A DNA stretch of 64,000 nt, taken from NCBI GenBank assembly GCA_043827025.1, contig JBDRPL010000019.1, forward strand, positions 32,001 through 96,000, read 5' to 3'. This document shows positions 18,096 to 27,790 of this stretch, one piece after another (position 1 is the stretch's first letter; every line of letters begins with the position of its first letter). This DNA is from Candidatus Micrarchaeota archaeon. GTDB taxonomy: Archaea > Micrarchaeota > Micrarchaeia > Anstonellales > Bilamarchaeaceae. Position numbers and translations under genes: made by a program. Under the pieces are notes generated by a model. That model had not been told where the DNA came from, did not search any database, and was given only the letters and a program-made list of their open reading frames with translations.

Positions 18096-18692
18096 ATGGC
18101 AGATACTAAATTAGGAGGAGCAGGCACGATTATAGTCGTTGCAGTCCTGCTGGTAATCATATTGGTACTTTCTATAGCGTTGGTCAGCGTCTATAATAAT
18201 TTCATAAAGCTCAATACTGAGGCTGACAATAGGTGGGCATATGTTCAGACTGTTTATCAGGAAAGATTCGATCTTATACCGAGAATCGTACAGTCCGTAA
18301 CTGCTCAAACAAAGGCTGAGAAAGATATATTGGATGGAATCGCGAATGCGAGAACTAATTACATGAATGCGAAGACTGTTGACGGACAGGTTGCCGCAGC
18401 GCAACAGCTGGACAATGTTTTTCTCAAGTTGAATGCACTGTCAATTACGGAAAACTATCCTAATGTGCAGTTTGCGCAGGCATTTGCAGACTTCCGAACT
18501 ATCTATGAAGGCCAGGAAAACAGGATAAGGGTCGAGAGAAATCGCTACAATGAGGCAATAAAAGAATACAATGTGGCTGTTTTGACCTTCCCGGGAAACT
18601 TCATGGCAGGTATATTCGGTTTCCAGAAGAGAATGATGTTCGAAGCACAGCAAGGAGCAGAGAATGCACCTGATCTGAACTTCAACATCTAA
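18096..18692 (+). CDS. lemA: LemA family protein
   Basis: N-terminal TM; YQERFDLIP, ENYPNV, ENRIRVERNRYNEA, TFPGNFMA. Confidence 0.93.
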   Translation: MADTKLGGAGTIIVVAVLLVIILVLSIALVSVYNNFIKLNTEADNRWAYVQTVYQERFDLIPRIVQSVTAQTKAEKDILDGIANARTNYMNAKTVDGQVAAAQQLDNVFLKLNALSITENYPNVQFAQAFADFRTIYEGQENRIRVERNRYNEAIKEYNVAVLTFPGNFMAGIFGFQKRMMFEAQQGAENAPDLNFNI

Positions 18693-18727
18693 TCTTTTTC
18701 TTATTTTCTTCTGGTCTGTTTAGGTCA

Positions 18728-21031
18728 TCAGGCTTTTAGTTCGCTTCCTTTCTTCACTTTATTTACTTTGCTTATTGCCTTCAGTTCTTCAATCAGTTCA
18801 TTATCAAGGTCAGCAACAGTAACTTCGTTCAATTCAGATGCCTGGCTCAGTTGTTTCTTTGATTTATATTGCCTTACGAATGAAACAGCTTCCTTCAACC
18901 TTTCGACTTGCCCGATGACTTCTGAATTTATTTCTCCGTATTCTGGCCATCGGATCGTCTGCAGGCTTTTCTTCTCAAACAATTCGCTATAAATTTCTTC
19001 GCAGATGTGCGGAGATATCGGAGCAAGTATCTTCACTGTGTTTTCAAGAACGTATCTGAGGCAATACTGCGCTTCCTGTTTGTCAATGTTATTATATGTC
19101 CTATACTTGATGTATTCGAGATAATGGTCGCAGAATTCGTTCCAGAAGAATTTCTGTATTGCACTTGCAGCCAGATGGAATTCGAATTTTTCCATTGCCT
19201 CAGTCACTTCCTTTATTGCCTGGTTCATCCTGCTTATTATCCAAATATCCACCTTTCTTTTCAAATGCACTTTCTTTCCATCAAAGTCAGACGTTGAACT
19301 CTCAACGAATTTTGCTGCGTTCCATACCTTGTTCAAGAAGGATTTTGCATATCTTATGTCTTCGTAGCTGAACGGCCTGTCCTTTGCCATTGCTCCGCTC
19401 ATTGCTGCCCATTGCCTTATGGCATCCACTGGATATTCGAACTGAAGAGTTGCTGGTGAAATTATGTTCCCAAGGCTTTTGCTCATCTTCTTGCCGTCAG
19501 GCGCAAGCACATTCCCGTTCAATAATATCTTCTTGAAAGGCGCTTTTCCAGTAAGGAATCCGCTTCTGTAAATTGTATAGAATGCCCATGTCCTCACAAT
19601 CTCCACACCCTGGGGCCTGAGAGAAACAGGATAAACTTTGTCAAACATCTTTTTGTTGTCAGGCCATCCTGAAATCACCAAAGGAGTTATGGATGAATCA
19701 ACCCAACAATCGCAGGTGCTTGTTTCTGCTTTCATGACTTCCCCGCAGCAACATTTCATTTCCTTTGCCTTCTCTGGATAGAATGGCAATTCTTCTGCAG
19801 GCTCTGTCTTGGTGCATTTTTCACAATAGTAGAATGGAAGCGGTGTTCCGAATACTCTCTGTCGTGAAATGACCCAGTCCCATTCTGCCCCTTCTACCCA
19901 GTCGATCAGATAGTTTATGCCGAAATTTGGCACCCATTCTATCTGGTGCGCCAGTTCCTTTATCTTTTTGCCAGTTGTCCTTATATCTGCGAACCATTGC
20001 ATTGAAGTTAAGAGTTCAATTGCAGTTCTGCATCGGTCATGCACTTTCACAGTTTGTTTCAAAGGCTCTTGTTTGGTTATCTTGCCTTCAGCCTTTAGTT
20101 TTTCAATAGTCTTCTTCTTTGCTTCCTCTGTTTTAATGCCATCAAATTCTCCGCTGTTTATCATTTTTCCATTATGGCCTATTGCATTCACTATTGGCAA
20201 ATGGTGCCTATGCATCCAGACAACATCCATTTTGTCTCCGAATGTGCAGACCATGAGCAATCCAGTGCCAAACTCCTTTTCAACATCCTTGTCTTCAAGA
20301 ATTGGAACTTCCTTTCCAAGGGCAGTCTTTGCCTTTTTCCCCTTAAGGTGGACATACCTCTTGTCTTCAGGGTTGTAAAGCAGTGCAACGCACGCATTCA
20401 TTAACTCCGGCCTTGTAGTTGCAATCAACAAGTCCTCGCCTTTTGGGCCTGTGAATTTTATGTGATTGAGCATCCCGTCCCTCTCAACATCGTCAAGCTC
20501 TGCCTTTGCAATTGCAGACATGCATTTCGTGCACCAGTAAACAGGATATTCATTCCTATATACTAATTTGTCCTTATACATCTGTATTAGTGAAAGCTGC
20601 ACTTTCTTGTGGTATTCAGGATCCATTGTTTTGTATTCATATCTCCAGTCTGGAGACCATCCCATGTCATTCATCTGCTCTTTCATCTTTGCAATCATTT
20701 CATGCGTCCACTCGACGCATCTTTCCCTGAATTCTTTTGATGGAAGTCTGCCGTACTTCTTTTCTACCTTTGTTTCAGTTGGAAAACCTTGAGTGTCCCA
20801 TCCTTGGGGGTAATACACATTGAACCCGTGCATCCTTTTGTAGCGTGCAACGAAGTCGAAATAGGAATAGCTTAGCACATGGCCCATGTGTAATTCTCCA
20901 CTTGTGAATGGCGGAGGTGTGTCTATGGAATATATCTTGCCTTTTGCATCCAGGTTGAACTGGTGTATTTTATTGTCATTCCAGTATTTTTGCCATTTTT
21001 TCTCTGTTTCCTTATCATATTTTCCGAGCAT
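18728..21031 (-). CDS. valS: Valine--tRNA ligase
   Basis: IDTPPPFTSGELHMGH, ATTRPE, WDWVISRQR, KMSKSLGN. Confidence 0.97.
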   Translation of the reverse strand: MLGKYDKETEKKWQKYWNDNKIHQFNLDAKGKIYSIDTPPPFTSGELHMGHVLSYSYFDFVARYKRMHGFNVYYPQGWDTQGFPTETKVEKKYGRLPSKEFRERCVEWTHEMIAKMKEQMNDMGWSPDWRYEYKTMDPEYHKKVQLSLIQMYKDKLVYRNEYPVYWCTKCMSAIAKAELDDVERDGMLNHIKFTGPKGEDLLIATTRPELMNACVALLYNPEDKRYVHLKGKKAKTALGKEVPILEDKDVEKEFGTGLLMVCTFGDKMDVVWMHRHHLPIVNAIGHNGKMINSGEFDGIKTEEAKKKTIEKLKAEGKITKQEPLKQTVKVHDRCRTAIELLTSMQWFADIRTTGKKIKELAHQIEWVPNFGINYLIDWVEGAEWDWVISRQRVFGTPLPFYYCEKCTKTEPAEELPFYPEKAKEMKCCCGEVMKAETSTCDCWVDSSITPLVISGWPDNKKMFDKVYPVSLRPQGVEIVRTWAFYTIYRSGFLTGKAPFKKILLNGNVLAPDGKKMSKSLGNIISPATLQFEYPVDAIRQWAAMSGAMAKDRPFSYEDIRYAKSFLNKVWNAAKFVESSTSDFDGKKVHLKRKVDIWIISRMNQAIKEVTEAMEKFEFHLAASAIQKFFWNEFCDHYLEYIKYRTYNNIDKQEAQYCLRYVLENTVKILAPISPHICEEIYSELFEKKSLQTIRWPEYGEINSEVIGQVERLKEAVSFVRQYKSKKQLSQASELNEVTVADLDNELIEELKAISKVNKVKKGSELKA

Positions 21032-21107
21032 ATTATCCCTTTACACCACAATCTTTTTTACCTAATTATATGGGAACATTTAAAAGAATCTTCCTAGATA
21101 TCTTTTT

Positions 21108-23729
21108 ATGAAAAAATACTTGTTATTTCTGCTTTTGCTTGGAAGCTTGGTGAATTCGGCCCTTATTCGGGTTGATCTTTCAGAATCTATAGTGGGGTAT
21201 GCCGAAAAAGAGGCAATAAAAATCGGTGAATATGATTTCCTAGTGTTTGACCATATAAACAGTAAGCTAGGTCCAGGGGGCATTCAGCTTGCTACATCTG
21301 TTGATGTAAAAATTTATCATGCGCAGGGAGGAGTCACATCTCTTTATTCTTCAGTGACTTTGGTTCCTGGCCAGGACATTGAATTTAGGTTGCCAAGCAC
21401 AGGTGCCCTTCCATTTCCGGAAGAAGCAGGGTCTGGGATAGTAACAATCGATCGTCTCTCAGTGTTTCCTGCGAAGGAAATTGATTTCACTTTGATTGCG
21501 CCATTTGTCCATAAATGTACGGAACTTGTCGAACCAAATCTTTTAGTAAAGAATACTGTGACTGCAGATTCTTATACATTTGAGTACTCTGAACATTTTC
21601 CTGGCTGCGCCGTTGGTGAATTTTGTGGAAACCAGGGGTTGCCTGAGGACCTTGGCGTTACTAAAAGCCGTTTATTTGCAACGCTTGAAACCAGCGATTC
21701 TGCGTTTGATATGTGTACTGGAGCTACAACCATTAGGGAAGTGAGTTGTACTAATATGTACAACCCAAAAATTGTGGAATTAAATTGTCCTGAAGCACTG
21801 GTTTGCAGTGAGGGTGCATGTGTTTTGCCTTCAACTGTTTGTGGAGGGGCGTGGAGGGGATTCAATAGTGCATTCGAGCAGGCTTCCCAGGAAAATGTCT
21901 TTTTCAAGTTCAATGCAGGTGCATTCAAAGCGGCTGATGTAAAATGCGCAGGAGGATATGTTCCATTGACAATGACTTCAGGAACCAATTATCTTGCAAC
22001 TACCAATCAGAATGATGAGGCAGTTCATTTAAATTCATTTAACTTGTGTGTCGAGAGGGGTATGCGGCCATTCTCTTTTTGGCAGTTTTCCCGTGACATG
22101 TACTTTGTCAGTGCCTTTTCCTGCCAGAGAGCAGCAAATAGTTTTGAATTCAAGCTTGTTTCGAAGAAAGTCTCTCCAACATGCAGCGGTCCTTCTCTTA
22201 ATCAACTAAATACTGCAGTAAATGGAAATACGAAATTCCGATATGACTCAGGCACTGGCTATTACCTGACTTTCTTCCATCCGGACGTCTGTTCAGGAAA
22301 CAGTGTCACTGAGAAATATTGCGATGGTAATTCTATAAAAGATAAGACAACTGTATGTCCTGTAGGTACTCTTTGCAGTGATGGTGCATGTGTGCAGGCT
22401 GCTGAGGTTGAATGCCAGGTCACCAGGGACTGCCAAATGAATTTCAGGGTATGTCTCAATGGCAAGTGCGAAGCAAGAGGTGTTGTGGCATGCGTTGACG
22501 ATAGTGCCTGCAGCGGAATTACAGTATGCCATGGAGATGGATTTTGTAGTATGTTGTGCAGGGACAGTAGCAACTGTGCTGAGGGATTTTTCTGCGATCA
22601 AGAGGGGCGCTGTATTGATCATCAATTGCAATGCCAGATAGATTCTGACTGCCCAGAAAATGGCCAGGTCTGCCAGAACAACCAGTGCGTTCTTCCAGGT
22701 GCAGTCCAATGTCAGAACAACAATGATTGCGATGACGATGAAAAATGCGACAATGGCATATGCGTAGTTGATCCGAACAAGATTTCCTATTGCCAGGGCA
22801 ATGAACTTGGTGTTGGGGATCCGCTGAATGTTGGCGACTATTCATTCTTGTTCAGTACTATTCTCCCAGGTGTGGATTGCAATAAAGCCAAGATAAAGAT
22901 ATATCAGAATGGCGTACTTAAGGACACTATAACCGAATGCCCGAAAGATGGGATATACACAACATCAATCAACGGCGATAACATTGCCATGAGGATGTGC
23001 CGAGTTGACAATGCAAATGATATGGGAGTGTTCCAGTTTTCTGTAAATGGCCAAGGGTTATTAGTAAGCACTTGCGAGGATACTGACAGCGGAATGGACC
23101 TTTATAAAAAAGGGGTCACAACTTATGGCGTGAAGGATCTAAATGGGGCATTCATTGATACATCTACAGTCAGGGATGCCTGCGTGGATGCAGTGTCAGT
23201 GAGAAAATATTATTGCGATCCCCTTAACACTGCAAAAAGCACAGTCGTCCAGTGTCCTAATGATGGAGTTTGTAATGATGGCGTATGCAGTATCGGCAAG
23301 AAGCAGATAAATGTCACATTCGAGAAAGGCTGGAATCTGTTTTCAGTGCCTCTTGACAAGACAACAAAGTCTGTTTCAAGCTGTGGCCAGATGGACTTGT
23401 GGACCTATGATAATTCACTGAGCAAATATGTCCAAGTTGATTCGATGCTTTCTGGAAAAAGTTATTGGGGTTATGTCAGTAGCAAGTGCCAGATGACTTT
23501 TGAAGGAGAAGGACTTAACATAAATGGATTGCAATTAAAGAAGGGTTGGAACCAGATTCCATCTTCATTTGTCCAACAGAAGCTTGATGACCTTCTTTTG
23601 CTATGCAATGTAGCTCATGGGCCTTGGACATATGATACTCTGCAAAATACATACATACTTGCGCAGAATTCAGTTCCAGGAAAAGGATATTTTGTCAAGG
23701 TTGGTGCAGACTGCAAACTGGAGGGATGA
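21108..23729 (+). CDS. Secreted cysteine-rich multidomain surface protein
   Basis: Signal peptide; tandem C-x2-D-x-DC...C...C modules; CEDTDSG motif; C-terminal GWNLFSVP/GWNQI repeats. Confidence 0.8.
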   Translation: MKKYLLFLLLLGSLVNSALIRVDLSESIVGYAEKEAIKIGEYDFLVFDHINSKLGPGGIQLATSVDVKIYHAQGGVTSLYSSVTLVPGQDIEFRLPSTGALPFPEEAGSGIVTIDRLSVFPAKEIDFTLIAPFVHKCTELVEPNLLVKNTVTADSYTFEYSEHFPGCAVGEFCGNQGLPEDLGVTKSRLFATLETSDSAFDMCTGATTIREVSCTNMYNPKIVELNCPEALVCSEGACVLPSTVCGGAWRGFNSAFEQASQENVFFKFNAGAFKAADVKCAGGYVPLTMTSGTNYLATTNQNDEAVHLNSFNLCVERGMRPFSFWQFSRDMYFVSAFSCQRAANSFEFKLVSKKVSPTCSGPSLNQLNTAVNGNTKFRYDSGTGYYLTFFHPDVCSGNSVTEKYCDGNSIKDKTTVCPVGTLCSDGACVQAAEVECQVTRDCQMNFRVCLNGKCEARGVVACVDDSACSGITVCHGDGFCSMLCRDSSNCAEGFFCDQEGRCIDHQLQCQIDSDCPENGQVCQNNQCVLPGAVQCQNNNDCDDDEKCDNGICVVDPNKISYCQGNELGVGDPLNVGDYSFLFSTILPGVDCNKAKIKIYQNGVLKDTITECPKDGIYTTSINGDNIAMRMCRVDNANDMGVFQFSVNGQGLLVSTCEDTDSGMDLYKKGVTTYGVKDLNGAFIDTSTVRDACVDAVSVRKYYCDPLNTAKSTVVQCPNDGVCNDGVCSIGKKQINVTFEKGWNLFSVPLDKTTKSVSSCGQMDLWTYDNSLSKYVQVDSMLSGKSYWGYVSSKCQMTFEGEGLNINGLQLKKGWNQIPSSFVQQKLDDLLLLCNVAHGPWTYDTLQNTYILAQNSVPGKGYFVKVGADCKLEG

Positions 23730-23732
23730 AAA

Positions 23733-24116
23733 ATGACAGATGATGATAAACTCGACGAATTAGCAGAGGATTTCAAAGAAGAATCCGAAGATTATGAAGC
23801 AGAGAAAAAAGAGAAAATTGAGAAGGCAAAGGAAAAAATTCTGCAATCAAGGAAAACAAAAGATTTGGAAGAGCCTGAAACTGTTGAGGTTCAGAAGAAT
23901 TCAAAGACCGGAATGTGGTTTGTGGTTGCAATCATTGTTTTTCTGATTATTCTTGGGGCTGCATATATTGCAGTTAATCAGGGCATGTTTGGACCAGCAA
24001 CTCCGGTACATGTAAATCAGACCAATACTACAATTGTCCAGCCACCTGTTAACGATTCAGTGGTTCCGGCAAACAATGTTCCACCACCATTGCCAGATGA
24101 ATTCTTTGGGCAGTGA
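23733..24116 (+). CDS. Single-pass membrane protein
   Basis: Acidic N-terminus, one TM, Pro/Asn-rich tail; 3 bp after the upstream stop. Confidence 0.7.
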   Translation: MTDDDKLDELAEDFKEESEDYEAEKKEKIEKAKEKILQSRKTKDLEEPETVEVQKNSKTGMWFVVAIIVFLIILGAAYIAVNQGMFGPATPVHVNQTNTTIVQPPVNDSVVPANNVPPPLPDEFFGQ

Positions 24117-24533
24117 TTATTTTTTATTTATTTTTTCAGTGGTTATAAGGCCAAAAGCCCTTTTTCTCAAAACCTCAGCATCGTTTTCATTGAAAAATAT
24201 CTTTTCCGGTAACCTATTCTTTTCAAGCACTTTCTGGAACTCTACAAATTCTTCTTTTGTCAAGTGTACCATAAACTTCTTTCCATATCCGTACGACTCA
24301 AACAAGGCTCCCTTTTCATCGTACAAAGCCAAGTCAGGAATCTTGGAATCTATATATATGCTGACCAGTTTCTTTACTTCTTCCTTTGTTATTTCTCTTC
24401 TTCGCGAAGTTATTTGGAATTCTGTCTGAAGTTGAGTGGCTTTCTTTGCAAGATATTCTAGCATGACCTTTAGCAATATGCGCATATCCACGCCCTTCAT
24501 GTATTCCTCATTTAAGTAATATGTGTCTCTCAT
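24117..24533 (-). CDS. Hypothetical protein
   Basis: 138-aa ORF with ATGA overlap to the upstream MBL gene. Confidence 0.65.
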   Translation of the reverse strand: MRDTYYLNEEYMKGVDMRILLKVMLEYLAKKATQLQTEFQITSRRREITKEEVKKLVSIYIDSKIPDLALYDEKGALFESYGYGKKFMVHLTKEEFVEFQKVLEKNRLPEKIFFNENDAEVLRKRAFGLITTEKINKK

Positions 24534-25306
24534 ATAATATCAACCTTCATGCCATCTTTTGCAGCCATGCATTTTATACCTGTTGCATCTTCTATCTTTT
24601 TTGCCTCTTTCTCAGGCCCTGCACTTAGCATTTTCATTCCTAAATGATATATAATTATTTTTTTAGGCATTGCCTTTCTTGCGATGGCTATTACGTCATC
24701 AGTTTTCAAATGGTCAGGAATCTGGTCTTTCTTCGGCTTCAGGCAGCTTACGAAAAGAGTATCGCAGCCTTTGTAAAGCTCGCCTAGTTCTTCAAAATAT
24801 TCAGTATCGCTTATAATGCCCATTGTTTTTCCTTCTGCACTCAGCTTGAAGCCGAACCCAGTTGGCTCATCATGCCTTGATTTTATTATTTCTATCTCGA
24901 ATTCCGAATTTTTGGTCTTGAATTTTTTCCTTTCTCCGTATTTTGCAGTGTAAACTGTTCCTATCTTTCCAAGATGATATCTTGTAATTCCAGTATCGCC
25001 TTTTGCATCCCCTTCGACAACGTATCTGCTCCCTATAAAAATCCCTTTCTTCTTGAGTGCGTAACTTGTCATCCCCTCTACCATGAGACTGGACTCGTTG
25101 CAATGATCTATATGGTAATGAGTAACTATTATCGCATCCAGTTTCAAAGGGTCAAGGCTGTATTTTTTGCATTGCAGTATCGAACCAGGGCCGGGGTCTA
25201 TCATTATGTTCAAGTCATTGGTTCTGAGCCACTGGCCGCCTGTCGAACGGATTTGCTTAAGGAGATTGACTCTGCCTCCTCCAGTTCCAAGGAATATGAG
25301 TTCCAT
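24530..25306 (-). CDS. MBL-fold metallo-hydrolase
   Basis: FLGTGGGR, IDPGPG, THYHIDH, ISDT, HL motifs. Confidence 0.9.
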   Translation of the reverse strand: MELIFLGTGGGRVNLLKQIRSTGGQWLRTNDLNIMIDPGPGSILQCKKYSLDPLKLDAIIVTHYHIDHCNESSLMVEGMTSYALKKKGIFIGSRYVVEGDAKGDTGITRYHLGKIGTVYTAKYGERKKFKTKNSEFEIEIIKSRHDEPTGFGFKLSAEGKTMGIISDTEYFEELGELYKGCDTLFVSCLKPKKDQIPDHLKTDDVIAIARKAMPKKIIIYHLGMKMLSAGPEKEAKKIEDATGIKCMAAKDGMKVDII

Positions 25307-25422
25307 GAACCTGTTTCTGACTTATTGTTTAAAAAGACATTCGCTATCTTGGGATTATTTTACGCATAACCACACAATTTAACATATTTAAATCCTTCCA
25401 TGCAGAATGATCTAAGATCTTC

Positions 25423-25941
25423 ATGTCCGGTTTAAAATCATATTTGCAAAGAGTCCGTGATCGACTTATTAAGAAACCTAAATCTATGCCAGTACGTTGC
25501 AGGTTTTTGGAAAGCACTTCTGTTCCAAATAGGCGGATAAGAAGCTTTGCCAGGTTTCCTGTAGAAAGTGGCTGTAACTACTCAAACAGGTGGGCTCGAG
25601 ATCAAAACAGCATTCACCAAGGCTCTCTTTCTACAAATGGAATACGTGCACCTACAAAGAAGATTGATTTGAGTCCTGCCCGATTGGGCGGAACAATTGC
25701 ACTTAACTTTAGCGGAACACCTCTTTTCATCCACATCTCCAGCATTGGGACGTCATCTGTTTCAATCTCAATTCTGCGCCCAGATTCGTCTTGGCTGTTT
25801 GAAGATTGTAGTATCGAATGTGGCAGGTCTATAACACATCTTGGCGAATACGTCTTTTCGCTAACTTTGAACAAATTCATGTTTGATCCTTCAGCAAGGG
25901 ATGCCCAGATATCTCTTTCTCTTTCGGTTCTTGCAGATTAA
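25423..25941 (+). CDS. Hypothetical protein (orphan)
   Basis: 172-aa ORF filling the gap; TTTAAA about 35 bp upstream. Confidence 0.5.
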   Translation: MSGLKSYLQRVRDRLIKKPKSMPVRCRFLESTSVPNRRIRSFARFPVESGCNYSNRWARDQNSIHQGSLSTNGIRAPTKKIDLSPARLGGTIALNFSGTPLFIHISSIGTSSVSISILRPDSSWLFEDCSIECGRSITHLGEYVFSLTLNKFMFDPSARDAQISLSLSVLAD

Positions 25942-26846
25942 TCTCTTTTTTTTCCAATCATCTCGCAGAACTTGCACATTTTATGAGAAGTTGGCTCGCC
26001 GCAGGTTTCACATCCTTTTATATCTCCTTTCTGAACATTCTGGCGTAGTTTGTTCTGCAATGTCATGAAACTGTTTAATATCTTGAACTTGGTTCCAGGG
26101 TATTTTTCTTCTATTTCATTTAATTTGTGGCGGATTTCCTGCCTGAATGCATGAACTGCATAAGGGCATTCCTGGCCATGTATCTCAAGGCCTTTCAGCA
26201 GTCCGTAGATCGCAACTTCCTTTTCCGGGGTTCGGATCAGGGGTTTTATTCTCGGGATGAATTTTTTATCTTCTTCTATTGGATGGAGGTATCTTGCAAG
26301 CCTCGTAGGCTCGTTTCGCATTATATTCATTAAGGTTGTCTGTGCAGCATCGTCTAGGTTATGGCCAATTGCCAGCTTGTCAGCACGCATCTCGCGCGCA
26401 GCTTTGTTTAACAAATAGCGTCTTGAAACTCCGCAATAGCTGCAGGGTATTGTTTTCTTTTCCTTCATTATCTCATCAAGCGTCTTTCCAGTCACTTCTT
26501 TGAACGAAACAACTCGGTGCTCGATTTTCAATTTCTTACAAAGCTTTTCCGCAATCTTCAGGCTGCTTGCACGATAGCCTTTGATTCCTTCATCAATCGT
26601 TATTGCTACGAGCTCAAAAGGCAGTTTCTTTTGCAGTTTGTGCAATAAATAAAGCATCACAGAAGAATCCTTTCCGCCAGACACTCCAACTGCAATTCGT
26701 TCTCCTTTTGTTATTTTTGAAGTTTCGCCAACAGTCTGGAAGAATCGTTTCTCGAACATTGCGCAGAAATGGTTTTTGCAAAGGTGCAGTCCACCATAGG
26801 AAAGATAAATTATAGCCTCACGGCCGCATTTCGAGCATTTTTCCAT
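25938..26846 (-). CDS. ncsA: tRNA 2-thiolation protein (NcsA/TtuA/Ctu1 family)
   Basis: N-terminal CxxC...CxxH, PP-loop SGGKDS, CSYCG, GHNLDD, CPY, C-terminal CxxC-CxxC. Confidence 0.9.
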   Translation of the reverse strand: MEKCSKCGREAIIYLSYGGLHLCKNHFCAMFEKRFFQTVGETSKITKGERIAVGVSGGKDSSVMLYLLHKLQKKLPFELVAITIDEGIKGYRASSLKIAEKLCKKLKIEHRVVSFKEVTGKTLDEIMKEKKTIPCSYCGVSRRYLLNKAAREMRADKLAIGHNLDDAAQTTLMNIMRNEPTRLARYLHPIEEDKKFIPRIKPLIRTPEKEVAIYGLLKGLEIHGQECPYAVHAFRQEIRHKLNEIEEKYPGTKFKILNSFMTLQNKLRQNVQKGDIKGCETCGEPTSHKMCKFCEMIGKKRD

Positions 26847-26887
26847 GGTTAGTAATGATTATGGTAATAATTAAATGCTATTTGGAT

Positions 26888-27496
26888 TCAATAAATGGGC
26901 TTGAGATCCAATTGCCTTTGTGTTTCTTTGAGTGCTATCACTTCAATCAAAGTCTGGACAATAGGGTTTGCGCGTATCAGGATTATAAGTGCCTTTGCAG
27001 ATTCTTCTTCGAGCATCTTGCTGCCACCTGTTCCTTGGCGTGCTCTTGCAACTTCAGTAATATCCTTTATCATCCTAAGGTGATAATTGCTTTCAAGATG
27101 TTCAGCAAGCCTTTTGGCATGCCCAATGACTGCACTCAGTTCGATACTTGGCTGGATAGTTGCAACATATAATCCATTGCTTCGCGAATGATGTCTTTCA
27201 GAGAATGCAGTTGCCAATAATTCTGCATACATGCGCAATTCATCACTTCCAATGTTTCTGGAAAACCTATACATTAGGTAGCCTTGTTCGCCTTCCAAGC
27301 AGCCTATTGCGCTTAATGTTGCACGTGGTTCAATTTCAGTTGAGAGCTCGAATCTCTTTATTGCGGTTTCAAATGAGCCATGTTCAATTTCCTTTCTTTT
27401 CCAGTTGCCTAGCTTTCTTTCTATTTGTCTAAAGTCACGCGGAGTCAAAACTAGCTGGCCTGTATTGAGAGTCTTCCGCTCCACTTGTTTATACAT
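26888..27496 (-). CDS. Hypothetical protein (orphan)
   Basis: 202-aa ATG ORF with its own TATA-like element; lies between the ThiS/SAMP gene and ncsA. Confidence 0.6.
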   Translation of the reverse strand: MYKQVERKTLNTGQLVLTPRDFRQIERKLGNWKRKEIEHGSFETAIKRFELSTEIEPRATLSAIGCLEGEQGYLMYRFSRNIGSDELRMYAELLATAFSERHHSRSNGLYVATIQPSIELSAVIGHAKRLAEHLESNYHLRMIKDITEVARARQGTGGSKMLEEESAKALIILIRANPIVQTLIEVIALKETQRQLDLKPIY

Positions 27497-27532
27497 GTGT
27501 TAATAGATGTAGAAATAGGTTTATATTCGTAT

Positions 27533-27721
27533 CTACCCGCCAAAAACTACGGTAATTATCTCGACCTTGTCCCTGTCTGTTACTTTCGCTGTCTCAGGAA
27601 CTAGCTTTCCATTGACCTTTATTATTACCTCTTCCCTTCTGATCTTCTCTTTCTTTAGAATGTTAGATACAGTGCCTGAAAATTTCACTGATTTTGTTTT
27701 GTTGTCAATGCTTAGTTTCAT
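27533..27721 (-). CDS. ThiS/MoaD/SAMP ubiquitin-like sulfur carrier
   Basis: Small beta-grasp-like protein with VNGKLV, DKVEII and C-terminal GG; near ncsA. Confidence 0.85.
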   Translation of the reverse strand: MKLSIDNKTKSVKFSGTVSNILKKEKIRREEVIIKVNGKLVPETAKVTDRDKVEIITVVFGG

Positions 27722-27790
27722 GAATATCAATCATCATCTGTCATGCACCGTTTTTAAACCTTGATTGCGAATATGCAAAAGGGACTATTT

